DNA from: an uncultured Candidatus Saccharibacteria bacterium
Lineage (GTDB): Bacteria > Patescibacteriota > Saccharimonadia > Saccharimonadales > Saccharimonadaceae
Length of the DNA stretch: 64,000 bases
Direction of reading: 5' to 3'
Assembly (NCBI GenBank): GCA_965240135.1
Contig: CBDEJQ010000029.1
Coordinates: forward strand, 1,592-65,591
Shown: positions 9,786 to 19,825 of the stretch, piece after piece
Numbering within the stretch: the stretch's first letter is position 1
Layout: each line of letters opens with the position of its first letter
Program-made: the position numbers and the translations under genes
Notes under the pieces: generated by a model
The model's input: only the letters and a program-made list of their open reading frames with translations
Databases searched by the model: none
Told to the model about the DNA's origin: nothing

Positions 9786-10505
9786 TTAAGCGACTGCCGT
9801 CAGAGAGTTGATCGACGTAGCGCCTAGCTTTTGACACACTTTTTCTGAAAAAACCTTCTTCAAGCTCTCTTCTCTACCCTGATGTTTTATTCCTAACGAA
9901 GCTTTTTCTATCAAACTCTCCTCGTATTCTCTTACCTGATCGTGATAAATACAAATTGGAGGACTGTCGTCATTCAAAATCACATCAAGCAATATTGGCG
10001 TACCATGTTTATCATGACCAACTTCAAACTCGTAAGTTTTAGTAGAGTATTCCTTAAATATTCTGGAATAATCAAAATATGACGCATCATTCACGATAAC
10101 ATATTTAAAATCCATAGATAATTTTACCGCCGACCAAACAGTGGATATAGCAGCTTGTCCAAATTTTTTATATGCTTCTATAGTCGGATTCTTCGTATCG
10201 CCTTCATCCTCAAACATATCATCTTGTAGGATTGTGTATATCTGATAGCGACTTTTCGGATTAGATAGCGAAGCGGCAGGATTTTTCCAAATCATCCAAA
10301 TCTGCCCATATTGATCCTCTATAGGTTCGCTAATAAGCCTCTGCCATTTCTCGCTACCGTCTGGATTATGATCAAATTTTGACTCCAGCTCCTCAACCTG
10401 AGCCATTATCTTATAATTATTTGCTGGATTTTCTTGACCCTTAATATCAAGGTCAGAAGGAGAATTCTGAGGTAACTCTTCAGTATATCCATGAAGCGTT
10501 TCCAT
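9786..10505 (-). CDS. hypothetical acidic protein
   Basis: Long ORF with no recognisable motifs. The ORF-track start at 10586 would overlap the divergent gene, so the METLHGY start at 10505 is preferred. The start remains uncertain. Confidence 0.5.
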   Translation of the reverse strand: METLHGYTEELPQNSPSDLDIKGQENPANNYKIMAQVEELESKFDHNPDGSEKWQRLISEPIEDQYGQIWMIWKNPAASLSNPKSRYQIYTILQDDMFEDEGDTKNPTIEAYKKFGQAAISTVWSAVKLSMDFKYVIVNDASYFDYSRIFKEYSTKTYEFEVGHDKHGTPILLDVILNDDSPPICIYHDQVREYEESLIEKASLGIKHQGREESLKKVFSEKVCQKLGATSINSLTAVA

Positions 10506-10552
10506 AATACTTATCACAAACATACTCTCTATTTGGAAGAATGTCAACAAAT

Positions 10553-10561
10553 TGTTAAAAT
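10553..10561 (+). promoter_or_regulatory. extended -10 TGTTAAAAT, 6 nt before ATG 10568
   Basis: Read directly from the sequence. The gap is TAGTAC and there is no SD. Confidence 0.45.
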
Positions 10562-10567
10562 TAGTAC

Positions 10568-11155
10568 ATGACACAACCATATGCAAAAATTATCGCCCTG
10601 GTTGGATTGGCGGGCAGCGGCAAAAGTTCGGCTGTCGAATATTTGACAGAAAAAGGATTTCCAAAAATTTACTTCGGTGGCGTTATTTATAAAGCCATGG
10701 ACGAGGCTGGAATTGAAAAAACTTGGGACAATCAACAGCAATTTCGCGAAGAAATTCGTCGTCGCGAAGGCAAAGATTTCGTAATCAAACGCGTCATAAA
10801 AAACATCCACGACTTAATAAACGCCGGGCAAAATAAAATCGTTTTGGACGGATTATACACTTGGAGTGAATATAAACTCCTTAAGCACGAATTTCCTGGA
10901 CAAGTTGTCGTTATTGCTATTGTTACGCCGAAATACCTCCGTTATCAACGAATGGCTAAGCGCATAGAGCGCCCAATGCAACCGCACGAAGTTGATCAGC
11001 GCGACTGGTCAGAAATCGAGAATTTGGAAAAAGGTGGACCAATTGCTATTGCTGATTATTTCATCATTAACGACGGCAGCCTCGAGCAATTACACCAAAA
11101 AATAGACGCCGCAACTCACGACGCCCATTTTTGTAAATCGCCCGAACAGTGTTAA
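10568..11155 (+). CDS. P-loop nucleotide/nucleoside kinase (CoaE / dNMP-kinase-like)
   Basis: Walker A motif GLAGSGKSS at residues 13-21. Size is ~195 aa. The C-terminal IADYFIINDGSLEQL resembles dephospho-CoA-kinase-like kinases. The substrate cannot be assigned. Confidence 0.5.
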   Translation: MTQPYAKIIALVGLAGSGKSSAVEYLTEKGFPKIYFGGVIYKAMDEAGIEKTWDNQQQFREEIRRREGKDFVIKRVIKNIHDLINAGQNKIVLDGLYTWSEYKLLKHEFPGQVVVIAIVTPKYLRYQRMAKRIERPMQPHEVDQRDWSEIENLEKGGPIAIADYFIINDGSLEQLHQKIDAATHDAHFCKSPEQC

Positions 11156-12118
11156 TTAGTCCAGATATTCGTAAAGTTTTTTCGCATCTTTGTGCTTGCG
11201 AAGTTTTGCTAGCGCCTTAGCTTCAATCTGGCGGATTCGCTCACGCGTAACCGCAAATTCCTGACCAACTTCTTCCAAGGTGTGATTTTTTCCATTGTCC
11301 AAACCAAAACGCATTCGAACAATTTTCTGCTCGCGATCACTCAAACTTGATAGAATTTCCTGAACTTGCTCTTTTAATAATTGATTTGAAGCGGAATCTT
11401 CTGGCGAAACCGTATCTTCGTCAACGATAAAATCTTGCAACACAGAATCGTCATCTTCACCGTCACGACCAACACCAGCGTCCAAAGAAGAAATGTCTTG
11501 CTTGATCTTAATGACATATTCAATTTTCTCTGGTTCCATATCCAGCTCTTTAGACAATTCCTCAATTGTCGGCTCACGGTTCAATTCCTGAGTCATTCGT
11601 CGCTGAGTACGTAGCAATTTATTGATCGTTTCCACCATGTGAACTGGAATACGAATCGTTCGCGCTTGGTCAGCAATCGCACGCGTAATTGCCTGGCGAA
11701 TCCACCAAGTCGCATAAGTCGAGAACTTAAATCCCTTATCTGGATCAAACTTCTCAACCGCACGCAAAAGTCCAGTATTTCCTTCTTGAATCAAATCCAA
11801 AAAGTCCAAACCGCGACCAGAATAACGCTTAGCAATTGACACCACCAAACGCATATTCGCCTCAGCCATCTTATCCTTAGCCTTTTTATCGCCTTCAACA
11901 ATTCGGCGCGCCAAGTCCATTTCTTCTTCAGCGCTAAGTAGTGGAATTTTACCGATTTCCCGCAGATACAACCTGACCGAGTCATCCGACACGTCGTCCA
12001 AATATTGCCCAGTTGTCAACGAATCCAAATCTTCCGATTCTTCTTCGTCTATAAGCGTTGGATCAAAATCATCATCTTCGTTTAAGTTTACTGGCTTCGT
12101 CGTGATGTCGTCGCTCAC
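11156..12118 (-). CDS. rpoD: RNA polymerase sigma factor, primary sigma-70 type
   Basis: Region 2 reads [27 protein letters not shown]; region 4 reads [23 protein letters not shown]. The GTG start overlaps the dnaG stop (ATGTGA). Confidence 0.93.
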   Translation of the reverse strand: MSDDITTKPVNLNEDDDFDPTLIDEEESEDLDSLTTGQYLDDVSDDSVRLYLREIGKIPLLSAEEEMDLARRIVEGDKKAKDKMAEANMRLVVSIAKRYSGRGLDFLDLIQEGNTGLLRAVEKFDPDKGFKFSTYATWWIRQAITRAIADQARTIRIPVHMVETINKLLRTQRRMTQELNREPTIEELSKELDMEPEKIEYVIKIKQDISSLDAGVGRDGEDDDSVLQDFIVDEDTVSPEDSASNQLLKEQVQEILSSLSDREQKIVRMRFGLDNGKNHTLEEVGQEFAVTRERIRQIEAKALAKLRKHKDAKKLYEYLD

Positions 12119-13848
12119 ATTTTCTCCTTAATCAGATTATTTAAGCTCTGGCGTAAATTCTGAGACAAAACCTCATCACCCGACGCCTCGGCATCTCTAA
12201 GCTGCGTTAATAATTGATTCTTTTTGTTTTCGCGATGTTTGATTGTTATCTGTCTGACTAGCCGAGCCATCTCTTCGTCCAAGCTTTTTTGCTCCCAATT
12301 GGCGTAACGACTTTCACTTTTCAACTGTACTATTTTCACATACTGTTCGATTTTTTGCAAGTCCAGCGGAACCTCGCCCAAATCCGCGTCTGGATTCTTT
12401 CGCAAATAGCCAATCAATTGCCGCGCGTTATCATCGTCCAACATTTCGCCAGAAACCACCGCCAACCAACGCCGCACGGATTTTTCACTCGCTGCCAGCC
12501 CCGCCAGCATATCCTCAGTTTCATCCTGAACTGGAGTCGGTTTTTCTTTTTCAATTTTCGCCTTTTTCAATTGGTGTTCAGCGACTTTTTCATTCGACAA
12601 TTTCGCCTTCAGCGCGGTAATTGACGCGCCAGTTTTTTCAGAAATTACCGACAAATAATGCTCTTGCTCCACCGGATCTTTCAAGCCTCGGACAATCCTC
12701 AGCGCAATAGTTGAGAATCGCCGTTTACCTTCCGCCGACTTCAAATTCTCCATTTCCGCGTACCTGGCAATCACCCAATCCACCGCTGGCTGAGATTGGT
12801 CAATCGCCGCTTGCCAAAGCGCTGGATCTTTTTGGATCAATTCGTCCGGATCTTTGACGCCATCAGGCAAACTCACGACTTCCAACTCCACGCCGACTTC
12901 CTGCGCCAAGTTGATTGCCCGCTCCGTTGCGTTAACTCCCGCTCGATCGCCATCAAACGCTAAGCGAATCCGCCCCGCCAATCGACTAAGCGACTTCAAA
13001 TGCTGAGTTGTCATCGCCGTTCCAGAGGTCGCAACCACGTTCTTGACACCCGCTTGATGACTGCTAATTACATCCAAATTGCCCTCAACAATCACTGCCA
13101 CATCGCTTTTTCGAATCGCTTCTTTGGCTTGATGCAAGCCAAAAATATGTCGCGATTTATCGAATAACAGCGTTTGCGGCGTGTTTAGATATTTTGGCGC
13201 GCGCGGATCGTCACGAATAATTCTGCCCGTAAATCCCACAACCTCGCCATTGCCGTCACTCAACGCCACCATCATTCGCCCACGAAACAAATCACCGCCA
13301 AACCTATTAGACAAGCCAGCGTCCGCCAATTCCTGCCTAGAAAATCCTCTTTTTTCCAACGCTTTCGTCAACGCGTCGCCATTCTCCGGCGCATAGCCAA
13401 TCAAAAAATCACCAATCGTCTGACGATTTAATCGCCGTTTTTTTACCACATAATTTAAGGCTGTCGAATTTTTTACCAAATTCTGCTGATAAAAATTAGC
13501 GGCTAATTTCAACGCTTCTCTAGCCCTGGCACGACGCTTGGCTGTTCGTCCGTCGCCGTTAGAAAACAAAGTCAGATCAACGCCCGCCTTCCGAGCCAAA
13601 TGTTCCAGTGATTGACGAAAATCCATTCCTTCCACCATCATCACAAACGTAAAAATATCGCCACCTTTTCCAGAAGAAAAATCATGCCAAATCTGCTTTT
13701 CTGGGCTAACCATAAAGCTTGGGGTTCGCTCGTCGGTAAACGGACTTAAACCCTTCAAATTGCGACCCGCTCGCTTCAACTGAACATACTCACCAATCAC
13801 ATCCTCGATGTTCAGTCGCGCCCGCACTTCTTCTTTGGCATCATTCAT
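12115..13848 (-). CDS. dnaG: DNA primase (zinc-ligand-less N-terminal domain)
   Basis: 577 aa with a TOPRIM core ([24 protein letters not shown]). In the N-terminal motif [13 protein letters not shown]...[11 protein letters not shown], Ser/Thr/Asp/Ser stand where the CHC2 zinc ligands normally sit. Confidence 0.9.
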   Translation of the reverse strand: MNDAKEEVRARLNIEDVIGEYVQLKRAGRNLKGLSPFTDERTPSFMVSPEKQIWHDFSSGKGGDIFTFVMMVEGMDFRQSLEHLARKAGVDLTLFSNGDGRTAKRRARAREALKLAANFYQQNLVKNSTALNYVVKKRRLNRQTIGDFLIGYAPENGDALTKALEKRGFSRQELADAGLSNRFGGDLFRGRMMVALSDGNGEVVGFTGRIIRDDPRAPKYLNTPQTLLFDKSRHIFGLHQAKEAIRKSDVAVIVEGNLDVISSHQAGVKNVVATSGTAMTTQHLKSLSRLAGRIRLAFDGDRAGVNATERAINLAQEVGVELEVVSLPDGVKDPDELIQKDPALWQAAIDQSQPAVDWVIARYAEMENLKSAEGKRRFSTIALRIVRGLKDPVEQEHYLSVISEKTGASITALKAKLSNEKVAEHQLKKAKIEKEKPTPVQDETEDMLAGLAASEKSVRRWLAVVSGEMLDDDNARQLIGYLRKNPDADLGEVPLDLQKIEQYVKIVQLKSESRYANWEQKSLDEEMARLVRQITIKHRENKKNQLLTQLRDAEASGDEVLSQNLRQSLNNLIKEKM

Positions 13849-13854
13849 ATTTTT

Positions 13855-13863
13855 ATTATATCA
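13855..13863 (-). promoter_or_regulatory. extended -10 TGATATAAT (minus-strand sense), 6 nt before the dnaG ATG 13848
   Basis: Reverse complement of ATTATATCA. The gap is AAAAAT and there is no SD. Confidence 0.5.
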
Positions 13864-13886
13864 CTCTTTACCTCTGTTATTGTTTG

Positions 13887-13895
13887 TGGTTAAAT
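13887..13895 (+). promoter_or_regulatory. extended -10-like TGGTTAAAT, 6 nt before ATG 13902
   Basis: Read directly from the sequence. It is divergent from the dnaG promoter. Confidence 0.4.
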
Positions 13896-13901
13896 AGAAA
13901 T

Positions 13902-14513
13902 ATGTATCCTGACAATTTGAATAACCAACCTCAAGGTATCGATTATCTGAATCAAATTGCCACACCTCCGCCAGCGGAAGGTTTTGATAAAAAAACCAAA
14001 ATCATCATCGCTATTTTGAGTTTTATCGGCTTGATAACCCTAATCGCGATATTCGTTTTTTCACAAGATTCTACGCCAAGCGCTAGTCCGTCACAAGTTG
14101 CATCACGCGTTAATAAGCTACTCACTATTTCCAAAAAATACAATAATAAGTTCCGCTCAACCAGTTTACAAACCACCAACAGTTCTCTGGTTGCAGTGCT
14201 GACTACTGCGGACGCCTCAATGGGCGAAGCGCTTCAAGCAACCGGCATCAATTATAAGGAAAAACAGAAGGATATCCTCGCTCTAGATCCGTCAGAAAAA
14301 TTAGAGAAAAAATTGGACGAAGCTCTTCTGAATACGCAATTGGATATTACCTATGCCCATGAGATGAATGTGCAAATAACAGATACAATCAACATGATGA
14401 AAAAGGTATATAAATCCACCAAGTCAAAAAAGATGCGCGAATGGCTAGTAAAAACTGCTGGCGACTTAGAGAATATCCAGAAGCAGATCAATCAAATTAT
14501 TAAAGCAGACTAA
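13902..14513 (+). CDS. hypothetical membrane-anchored protein
   Basis: The ORF-track start at 13884 is a TTG; ATG 13902 (MYPDNL) fits the promoter spacing. One TM is present (IIIAILSFIGLITLIAIFVF). Confidence 0.6.
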   Translation: MYPDNLNNQPQGIDYLNQIATPPPAEGFDKKTKIIIAILSFIGLITLIAIFVFSQDSTPSASPSQVASRVNKLLTISKKYNNKFRSTSLQTTNSSLVAVLTTADASMGEALQATGINYKEKQKDILALDPSEKLEKKLDEALLNTQLDITYAHEMNVQITDTINMMKKVYKSTKSKKMREWLVKTAGDLENIQKQINQIIKAD

Positions 14514-14848
14514 GCTTCCGAGACTAATCGATAGCTCAACCTCGCCAAATCAAAGACTTCTTCGTCAGTCAATTGACCTGAACAAATAATTGTATTCCAA
14601 TGCTTCTTGTTTAAGTGATAGCCTGGTAAAACCGTTTCGTATTTTTCTCGTAAATTCTGTGCCAACAACGGATCGCATTTTAGGCTTACTCTGAGCGGCT
14701 TTGAACCTTCCGTCACCAACGCCACCATTTTCCCTGCACCGTCATTATCTCGACCAAATTTATACACCGCAACATCCTCGCCAAACGGATAATCCAGCCA
14801 TACGCCCGGCAAGCTTAGGATAAATTCTTCAAATTGTTTATGTGTCAT
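14510..14848 (-). CDS. MmcQ/YjbR family DNA-binding protein
   Basis: 112 aa. LPGVWLDYPFGEDVAVYKF...LKCDP...LPGYHLNKKHWNTI matches the YjbR-family pattern. ATGA overlap with orn. Confidence 0.7.
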   Translation of the reverse strand: MTHKQFEEFILSLPGVWLDYPFGEDVAVYKFGRDNDGAGKMVALVTEGSKPLRVSLKCDPLLAQNLREKYETVLPGYHLNKKHWNTIICSGQLTDEEVFDLARLSYRLVSEA

Positions 14849-15396
14849 ACCTTTACCTTTTTCAGATAATATTCAAGTTCCATAATGCTGCCGCGGATGT
14901 CTTCCAGTGCTCGATGATCTTCTGGCTTGGCGAATTTCTTACCGTATTTACCTTCAAACACCACCTTCCACGCGCTCACATCCAACACACGATAATGTAG
15001 TCTTTTTGACAACATTGGCCACCATTGGTCAATAAATCGACGATCCTGATGGATTGAATTGCCCGCTAACAAAATCTTCGTTTCACCCGCAAAATGCTCA
15101 TCGCAAAACGCCAACAATTCGCGTTCTATTTCCGCCAAAGGCTTGCCCGATTCATTCTGCTCCTCCAGCCCGCGTCGCGCTTCCGGATGCTCATTCCAAA
15201 AACCAGCATTTCGGTCCAACAGCTTAGCCAACTTTTCCGAATCGTGACGAACAATTCCTTCATACGTCGCAATTTCCTTAAAATTCCAATCCGTCGCAAT
15301 TGCCGCCACTTCCAAAATCTCATCACGCACCGGATCCAGTCCAGTCATCTCCAAATCCACCCATAAAATCTTTTTCGGCTTAAAACTTGCTTTCAT
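14845..15396 (-). CDS. orn: oligoribonuclease
   Basis: ILWVDLEMTGLDPVRDEILEVAAI is the DEDDh exonuclease motif I. A further match is HRALEDIRGSI. Confidence 0.88.
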   Translation of the reverse strand: MKASFKPKKILWVDLEMTGLDPVRDEILEVAAIATDWNFKEIATYEGIVRHDSEKLAKLLDRNAGFWNEHPEARRGLEEQNESGKPLAEIERELLAFCDEHFAGETKILLAGNSIHQDRRFIDQWWPMLSKRLHYRVLDVSAWKVVFEGKYGKKFAKPEDHRALEDIRGSIMELEYYLKKVKV

Positions 15397-15402
15397 ATCT
15401 CT

Positions 15403-15411
15403 ATTTTACCA
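15403..15411 (-). promoter_or_regulatory. extended -10 TGGTAAAAT (minus-strand sense), 6 nt before the orn ATG 15396
   Basis: Reverse complement of ATTTTACCA. The gap is AGAGAT and there is no SD. Confidence 0.5.
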
Positions 15412-15424
15412 CTTCCATAAGGCG

Positions 15425-15433
15425 TGCTAAACT
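15425..15433 (+). promoter_or_regulatory. extended -10-like TGCTAAACT, 6 nt before the pyrH ATG 15440
   Basis: Read directly from the sequence. The gap is AAAATC and there is no SD. Confidence 0.45.
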
Positions 15434-15439
15434 AAAATC

Positions 15440-16144
15440 ATGACAAAACGCATCCTACTCAAATTATCAGGTGAACAACTTCAAGGCGAATTCGCCAGCG
15501 GCTTTGACCCAAAACGCGCTCGCTGGATTGCTGAACAAATTCGACCAGCGCTGGACGACGGGGCTGAAATTGTAATTATGGTTGGCGGCGGCAATTACGT
15601 TCGCGGCAATCAAATCATCGGTCATGGAATTCAACCTGTTTCCGCTCATAATATCGGCATGCTTTCTACGCTAATGAATGCCATTGCTTTGGCTGATGTA
15701 TTGAACGACGCAGGATTGCCAACTCGCGCATTGTCCACGGTCGAAGTCAATCAATTTATCGACCACTATACTTTCCGACGCGCAATTAGCCATATTAAGA
15801 AAAACCGCATTGTTATTGTGGCTTGTGGCACCGGCCGACCATTCCTGACTACTGATACTGCAGCGTTAAACTTAGCGCTAGAAATGCAGTGTGACGCCGT
15901 GGTTAAAACAACGAAAGTCGACGGAGTTTACGACAAAGATCCTATGAAATTCCCTGACGCCGTAAAAATTGATCATTTATCTTACCAAGAAGCCCTAACA
16001 AATCCTAATATTGCCGTTATGGATAAGGCAGCAATTGGGCTAGCTATGGACGAGCATATTCCAGTTATAATTTGTGATTTGCTCACAGACGGAAATATTC
16101 TCCGCGCAACCCGCGGAGAATCAGTAGGCACACTTATTAGTTAA
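15440..16144 (+). CDS. pyrH: UMP kinase
   Basis: ILLKLSGE...VGGGNYVRG...TTDTAAL and the 234-aa length are typical of PyrH. Confidence 0.9.
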   Translation: MTKRILLKLSGEQLQGEFASGFDPKRARWIAEQIRPALDDGAEIVIMVGGGNYVRGNQIIGHGIQPVSAHNIGMLSTLMNAIALADVLNDAGLPTRALSTVEVNQFIDHYTFRRAISHIKKNRIVIVACGTGRPFLTTDTAALNLALEMQCDAVVKTTKVDGVYDKDPMKFPDAVKIDHLSYQEALTNPNIAVMDKAAIGLAMDEHIPVIICDLLTDGNILRATRGESVGTLIS

Positions 16145-16147
16145 GAT

Positions 16148-16624
16148 TTAGTCCTTTTTCTTGTCTAATTTATCGAGTTTCAAGAAGTGAATGATTGCAT
16201 ATACAACAAATGCAACGGCTATCAACGTAATTAACGAACTAACGAACGCGCCGTATAAAAATTCGCCTTTACGTCCAGCAACTTCAACCGTAAATGAAGC
16301 TGATTGCAATCCTTGTTGAGAGCCAACGATCAACTGCACTAACGGGTCAATAAATGCCGTCACTAACTTTTTAACCGTATCGCCAGCTGCAGTACCAATT
16401 GCCAAACCTACAGCCAAACCAACAACACCCTGTTCACGGATAAAGTTTACAAACCCACCCATATGAGTATCTTTTATAGCTGCACTTACAATTTTCTTTT
16501 CTTTGATGGCAGCAATTTTTTTAGCAGCTTTAATGCTCTTAGGAGCTAGTTTTTTAGCTGATACTTTCGCTGCTTTTACGCCCTTATTTGTTGATTTTTT
16601 TGACTCAGTAGATTTCGCTACCAT
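16148..16624 (-). CDS. mscL: large-conductance mechanosensitive channel with Lys/Ala-rich N-terminal extension
   Basis: The core FVNFIREQGVVGLAVGLAIG...two TMs match MscL. ATG 16624 has a strong AAGGAG SD, so the 54-aa AKK-rich extension is probably translated. Confidence 0.8.
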   Translation of the reverse strand: MVAKSTESKKSTNKGVKAAKVSAKKLAPKSIKAAKKIAAIKEKKIVSAAIKDTHMGGFVNFIREQGVVGLAVGLAIGTAAGDTVKKLVTAFIDPLVQLIVGSQQGLQSASFTVEVAGRKGEFLYGAFVSSLITLIAVAFVVYAIIHFLKLDKLDKKKD

Positions 16625-16645
16625 AAAACTCCTTTTATTAGATAT

Positions 16646-17872
16646 TTATTCACTAATTTTACCACACGTGGCATCGCACGCAATCTCACCAGCAGTCTTC
16701 ATAGACCTCAGTAGCTTTTCGGCAGCCCTTAACTTCCCTACAGCCAAACTATCATACTTAGGTTTACTATTAATATTTTCCTTGTGCAACCTAATCGCCT
16801 CATTTAATAATTTGCTATTAATAATTTCTTTGTACAACCTAATCGCCTCATTCAATAAGTTAATATCCCTATCATGTTTAGCTACTTTACGCATAACATC
16901 AGGAAGAAACAGTCTGTTCTTTGAAGAATCTCCCGACAGCAAACTATCATTTACCGCAGACGCTACTTGAATAGCCAAATCCCCACTGTCTTGTTTTATT
17001 AATTCTCTACATAATTTACCCGCCTCTTCCAAGTTATTCCGAGGGTCAGTATCTAGATATATTCCTGACAAATCTTCTATTTTTCCCGCAGCCACCTCAT
17101 ATTGACCATTTAATAGATTAATTCTGGCACTATAATCATCCAGTAAAAGTAATCTACCTGGAATAGATGGAAACGTTAACATTTGTAAACGAGCAAACTT
17201 TCCATAACCATCTCTATAATCTCTTCTGTCAGGAAACATAAACCATGGACGCTTATCTATAAATTCAGCCCGGTTAACAGTCACTGGTAATTGTTTTAAT
17301 AACTCATCAGTTTTCAAACTATCTTGAGATTTCAATTCGCCGCAGGAAAATTTATCAAGCGGATGGCTCGACGTAAACCCAACGGCCGTAGTCATATCAC
17401 AACATAATTCCTTTGTCAGGACGTCTATCATAAACGACCTATCACTCTCACGATCAAATAAAGTAATGAACGAGTGTTGATTAGCATAACTAATAAAGTG
17501 CTCAATATTTAACTCTTCCAAACACTCAGATGCAACAATTGTATGTCCGTAACAGTTAGCAACTTCATATTTAGCGATATTCTCTGCGTTAAATTCTCGC
17601 GAGCTACTATCTGTAGACCTAAAATAAAGTGTTTCACGAACAAGTTCTGCAACAGATTTAGCAGCCTCCGCTATATCATCAAACGTCTTATCTGACTCTT
17701 CGTACGCATTTTTTATGCTACAAAGCTTCTCTGACTCTAACAAGAGTTCTCGCTTAATGCCTCTTTTCTCCGCTATATCACTTCTCGGAGTTAATAGCTG
17801 AGTAGATAAATATCGATCATAAAATGATGTATATGGTTGCTCATCTAATTGTTTACTCGGTCGTTCATTCAC
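16646..17872 (-). CDS. hypothetical protein, possible transglutaminase-like Cys-His-Asp fold, with an internal 16-aa tandem repeat
   Basis: 408 aa with a GTG start. NCYGHTIVASECL...NQHSFITLF...FMIDV resembles the Cys/His/Asp spacing of transglutaminase-like proteases. LLNEAIRLYKEIINSK is duplicated. Confidence 0.55.
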   Translation of the reverse strand: MNERPSKQLDEQPYTSFYDRYLSTQLLTPRSDIAEKRGIKRELLLESEKLCSIKNAYEESDKTFDDIAEAAKSVAELVRETLYFRSTDSSSREFNAENIAKYEVANCYGHTIVASECLEELNIEHFISYANQHSFITLFDRESDRSFMIDVLTKELCCDMTTAVGFTSSHPLDKFSCGELKSQDSLKTDELLKQLPVTVNRAEFIDKRPWFMFPDRRDYRDGYGKFARLQMLTFPSIPGRLLLLDDYSARINLLNGQYEVAAGKIEDLSGIYLDTDPRNNLEEAGKLCRELIKQDSGDLAIQVASAVNDSLLSGDSSKNRLFLPDVMRKVAKHDRDINLLNEAIRLYKEIINSKLLNEAIRLHKENINSKPKYDSLAVGKLRAAEKLLRSMKTAGEIACDATCGKISE

Positions 17873-17903
17873 GAATTCATATTATATACTAATACAGTAT
17901 ATT

Positions 17904-19535
17904 TTACAAGCGATCTGGCGCCACGATTCCCAAAATAGCCAGTCCAGCCTTAAGAATGTCGGCGTAAATTGCCACGATTCCTACGCGATGCGCCTCTTTG
18001 TCGCTACCAATAACCTGATTTTTCTCGTAATATCGATTAAATTCCTGTGCCAATTCAAACAAATATGTACAGATGTGATGAGGTTCCAGACTTTCCTTAG
18101 CACGATCAACCACGTCCACATACTCACTCAACTTTCTGACCAGCATCTTATCTTCGTCAAACAACTCTGTTGGAAAAGCAATTTCCTTGTCGGATTTAGC
18201 TAAAATACCTCGCGCTCGAGCGTGAGCGTATTGCAAGTAACTTCCCGTATTTCCCGTCAAACTTACCGCGTCGTTAATATCAAATATGACGTCGCCGCCG
18301 ATCTTCACTTTCAAGAATTGATAACGAAGCGCGCCAGCAATCACGTCGTCAGTTGGTTCACCGCCAGCATTTTCAATTGCCTTCTTAAACTCATCGAACA
18401 GCCAACCAATTGTAATAACCTCACCTGTTCGTGAACTCATTTTTCCAGTTGTCAATTTAACCAATCCAGTCGCGTAATTGAATAATTTTCCCTTCAAAGC
18501 CGGGATCGACAATTCACTAGCCGCGATCACGCCGCGGAAGTATGCTGCTTGCTCCTCGCCATTTACCGTAATCGACAAGTCCAAATTCGGGTAGTCCTTA
18601 TACTTCAACTGAATCAATCCCATATCATGCGCCCCATAAAGACCATTGCCGTGAGATCCAATAAACACGTTATCGAACGCGCCGTATTTGCTGCCCTTAA
18701 AAACGTACGCACCATCAGATTTGGTAAACACCTCTGGAGTTTTCTCTTTAATCAAAGATTTTCCTAATTCTTCAGTTTCGCTCTCAACGTAACGTCGCTC
18801 AATCGGCACGTTTCCAAGTCGCCCAACATTAGAGTCAATTTCGTCAAAACTCCAACTTTTACAGATTTCGTAAACTTGTTTATATAGCGGATCATCCAGA
18901 ACGAATGATTGCTTAGCTAGTTCATCAATTTCTGCCTTCGCCTCTGGAGATTCTTTCGCTGCACGCGCACCTTCAACGTACATGCGACTCATAAATTCAT
19001 TCCGCTTATCAGCTGGGATTTCGTTCAATTTATTTACATCGCCGTCAATCTCACGCAAAATCGCCCACATACTTTTACCAACATGCGTTCCGACATCACC
19101 GTGATAACTCACTCGATGCACAATTGCGCCATCAACTGCCAACAAATTAGCCATCGTGTCTGCCAAAATCGCATTCAAAGCGTGTCCGATGTGCATAGCC
19201 TTAAATGGATTCGGACAATTGGTTTCAATTACAACCGTCTGACCAGCGCGCTTCGTCGTTGGCTCTTTTTTCAAAGAATTTAGAACGGATTGATCGCTCA
19301 GTTTTACATTGATAAAACCTGGACCAGCCACGCTTACTTCGCTAAACTCCTCTTCCTTGCGCAGATTTCCAGCAATCATCTCCGCAATTTCACGCGGATT
19401 CTTCCCTAGCGGCTTAGCCAATTGCAACGCCACATTTGTAGCAAAGTCACCAAACTTCGGATCAGGACGCGTCAATTGTACCGATATATCTTGATCAAAA
19501 AGTTGCTTCACTACTTGAGAAATAATCTGTTCCAT
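17904..19535 (-). CDS. argS: arginine--tRNA ligase
   Basis: 543 aa. It has a HIGH-type motif (NPFKAMHIGHALN) and the Arg-tRNA synthetase N-terminal and DALR layout. Confidence 0.92.
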   Translation of the reverse strand: MEQIISQVVKQLFDQDISVQLTRPDPKFGDFATNVALQLAKPLGKNPREIAEMIAGNLRKEEEFSEVSVAGPGFINVKLSDQSVLNSLKKEPTTKRAGQTVVIETNCPNPFKAMHIGHALNAILADTMANLLAVDGAIVHRVSYHGDVGTHVGKSMWAILREIDGDVNKLNEIPADKRNEFMSRMYVEGARAAKESPEAKAEIDELAKQSFVLDDPLYKQVYEICKSWSFDEIDSNVGRLGNVPIERRYVESETEELGKSLIKEKTPEVFTKSDGAYVFKGSKYGAFDNVFIGSHGNGLYGAHDMGLIQLKYKDYPNLDLSITVNGEEQAAYFRGVIAASELSIPALKGKLFNYATGLVKLTTGKMSSRTGEVITIGWLFDEFKKAIENAGGEPTDDVIAGALRYQFLKVKIGGDVIFDINDAVSLTGNTGSYLQYAHARARGILAKSDKEIAFPTELFDEDKMLVRKLSEYVDVVDRAKESLEPHHICTYLFELAQEFNRYYEKNQVIGSDKEAHRVGIVAIYADILKAGLAILGIVAPDRL

Positions 19536-19580
19536 ACTGTCCAGTATACAACAGAGGTGGATTATTATCTAGCTAAATCC

Positions 19581-19739
19581 CTACGCTGTTTCGTCAAGCT
19601 CTTCCAGTTCCAGACTTAATTTCGTCGCCGAACTTGGGCTAGACCCTTTCACGTGTTGCAATACGTAAGTCAACGCCGACATATCGTCTCGACTCAATAC
19701 GCCTTCGGTAAGTCCGTGAATATCTTTTTCTTCAGCCAT
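19581..19739 (-). CDS. small hypothetical protein (52 aa)
   Basis: My own translation gives MAEEKDIHGLTEGVLSRDDMSALTYVLQHVKGSSPSSATKLSLELEELDETA. AAAGGAA lies upstream. It is below the ORF-track size cutoff and I have no homology evidence. Confidence 0.3.
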   Translation of the reverse strand: MAEEKDIHGLTEGVLSRDDMSALTYVLQHVKGSSPSSATKLSLELEELDETA

Positions 19740-19825
19740 TTTATTCCTTTTTGTTTTAATTTTTTATACAGTAAAATGATATCACATTATTTTTATTTTG
19801 TCAATAACTAGAGCCTTGCAACCAT

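Noticed and set aside
10544-10810. An 88-aa minus-strand ORF overlapping the 5' end of the kinase gene.
   Set aside because: It is antisense to a Walker-A-containing ORF and would overlap the divergent hypothetical gene. No motifs or initiation signals were found.
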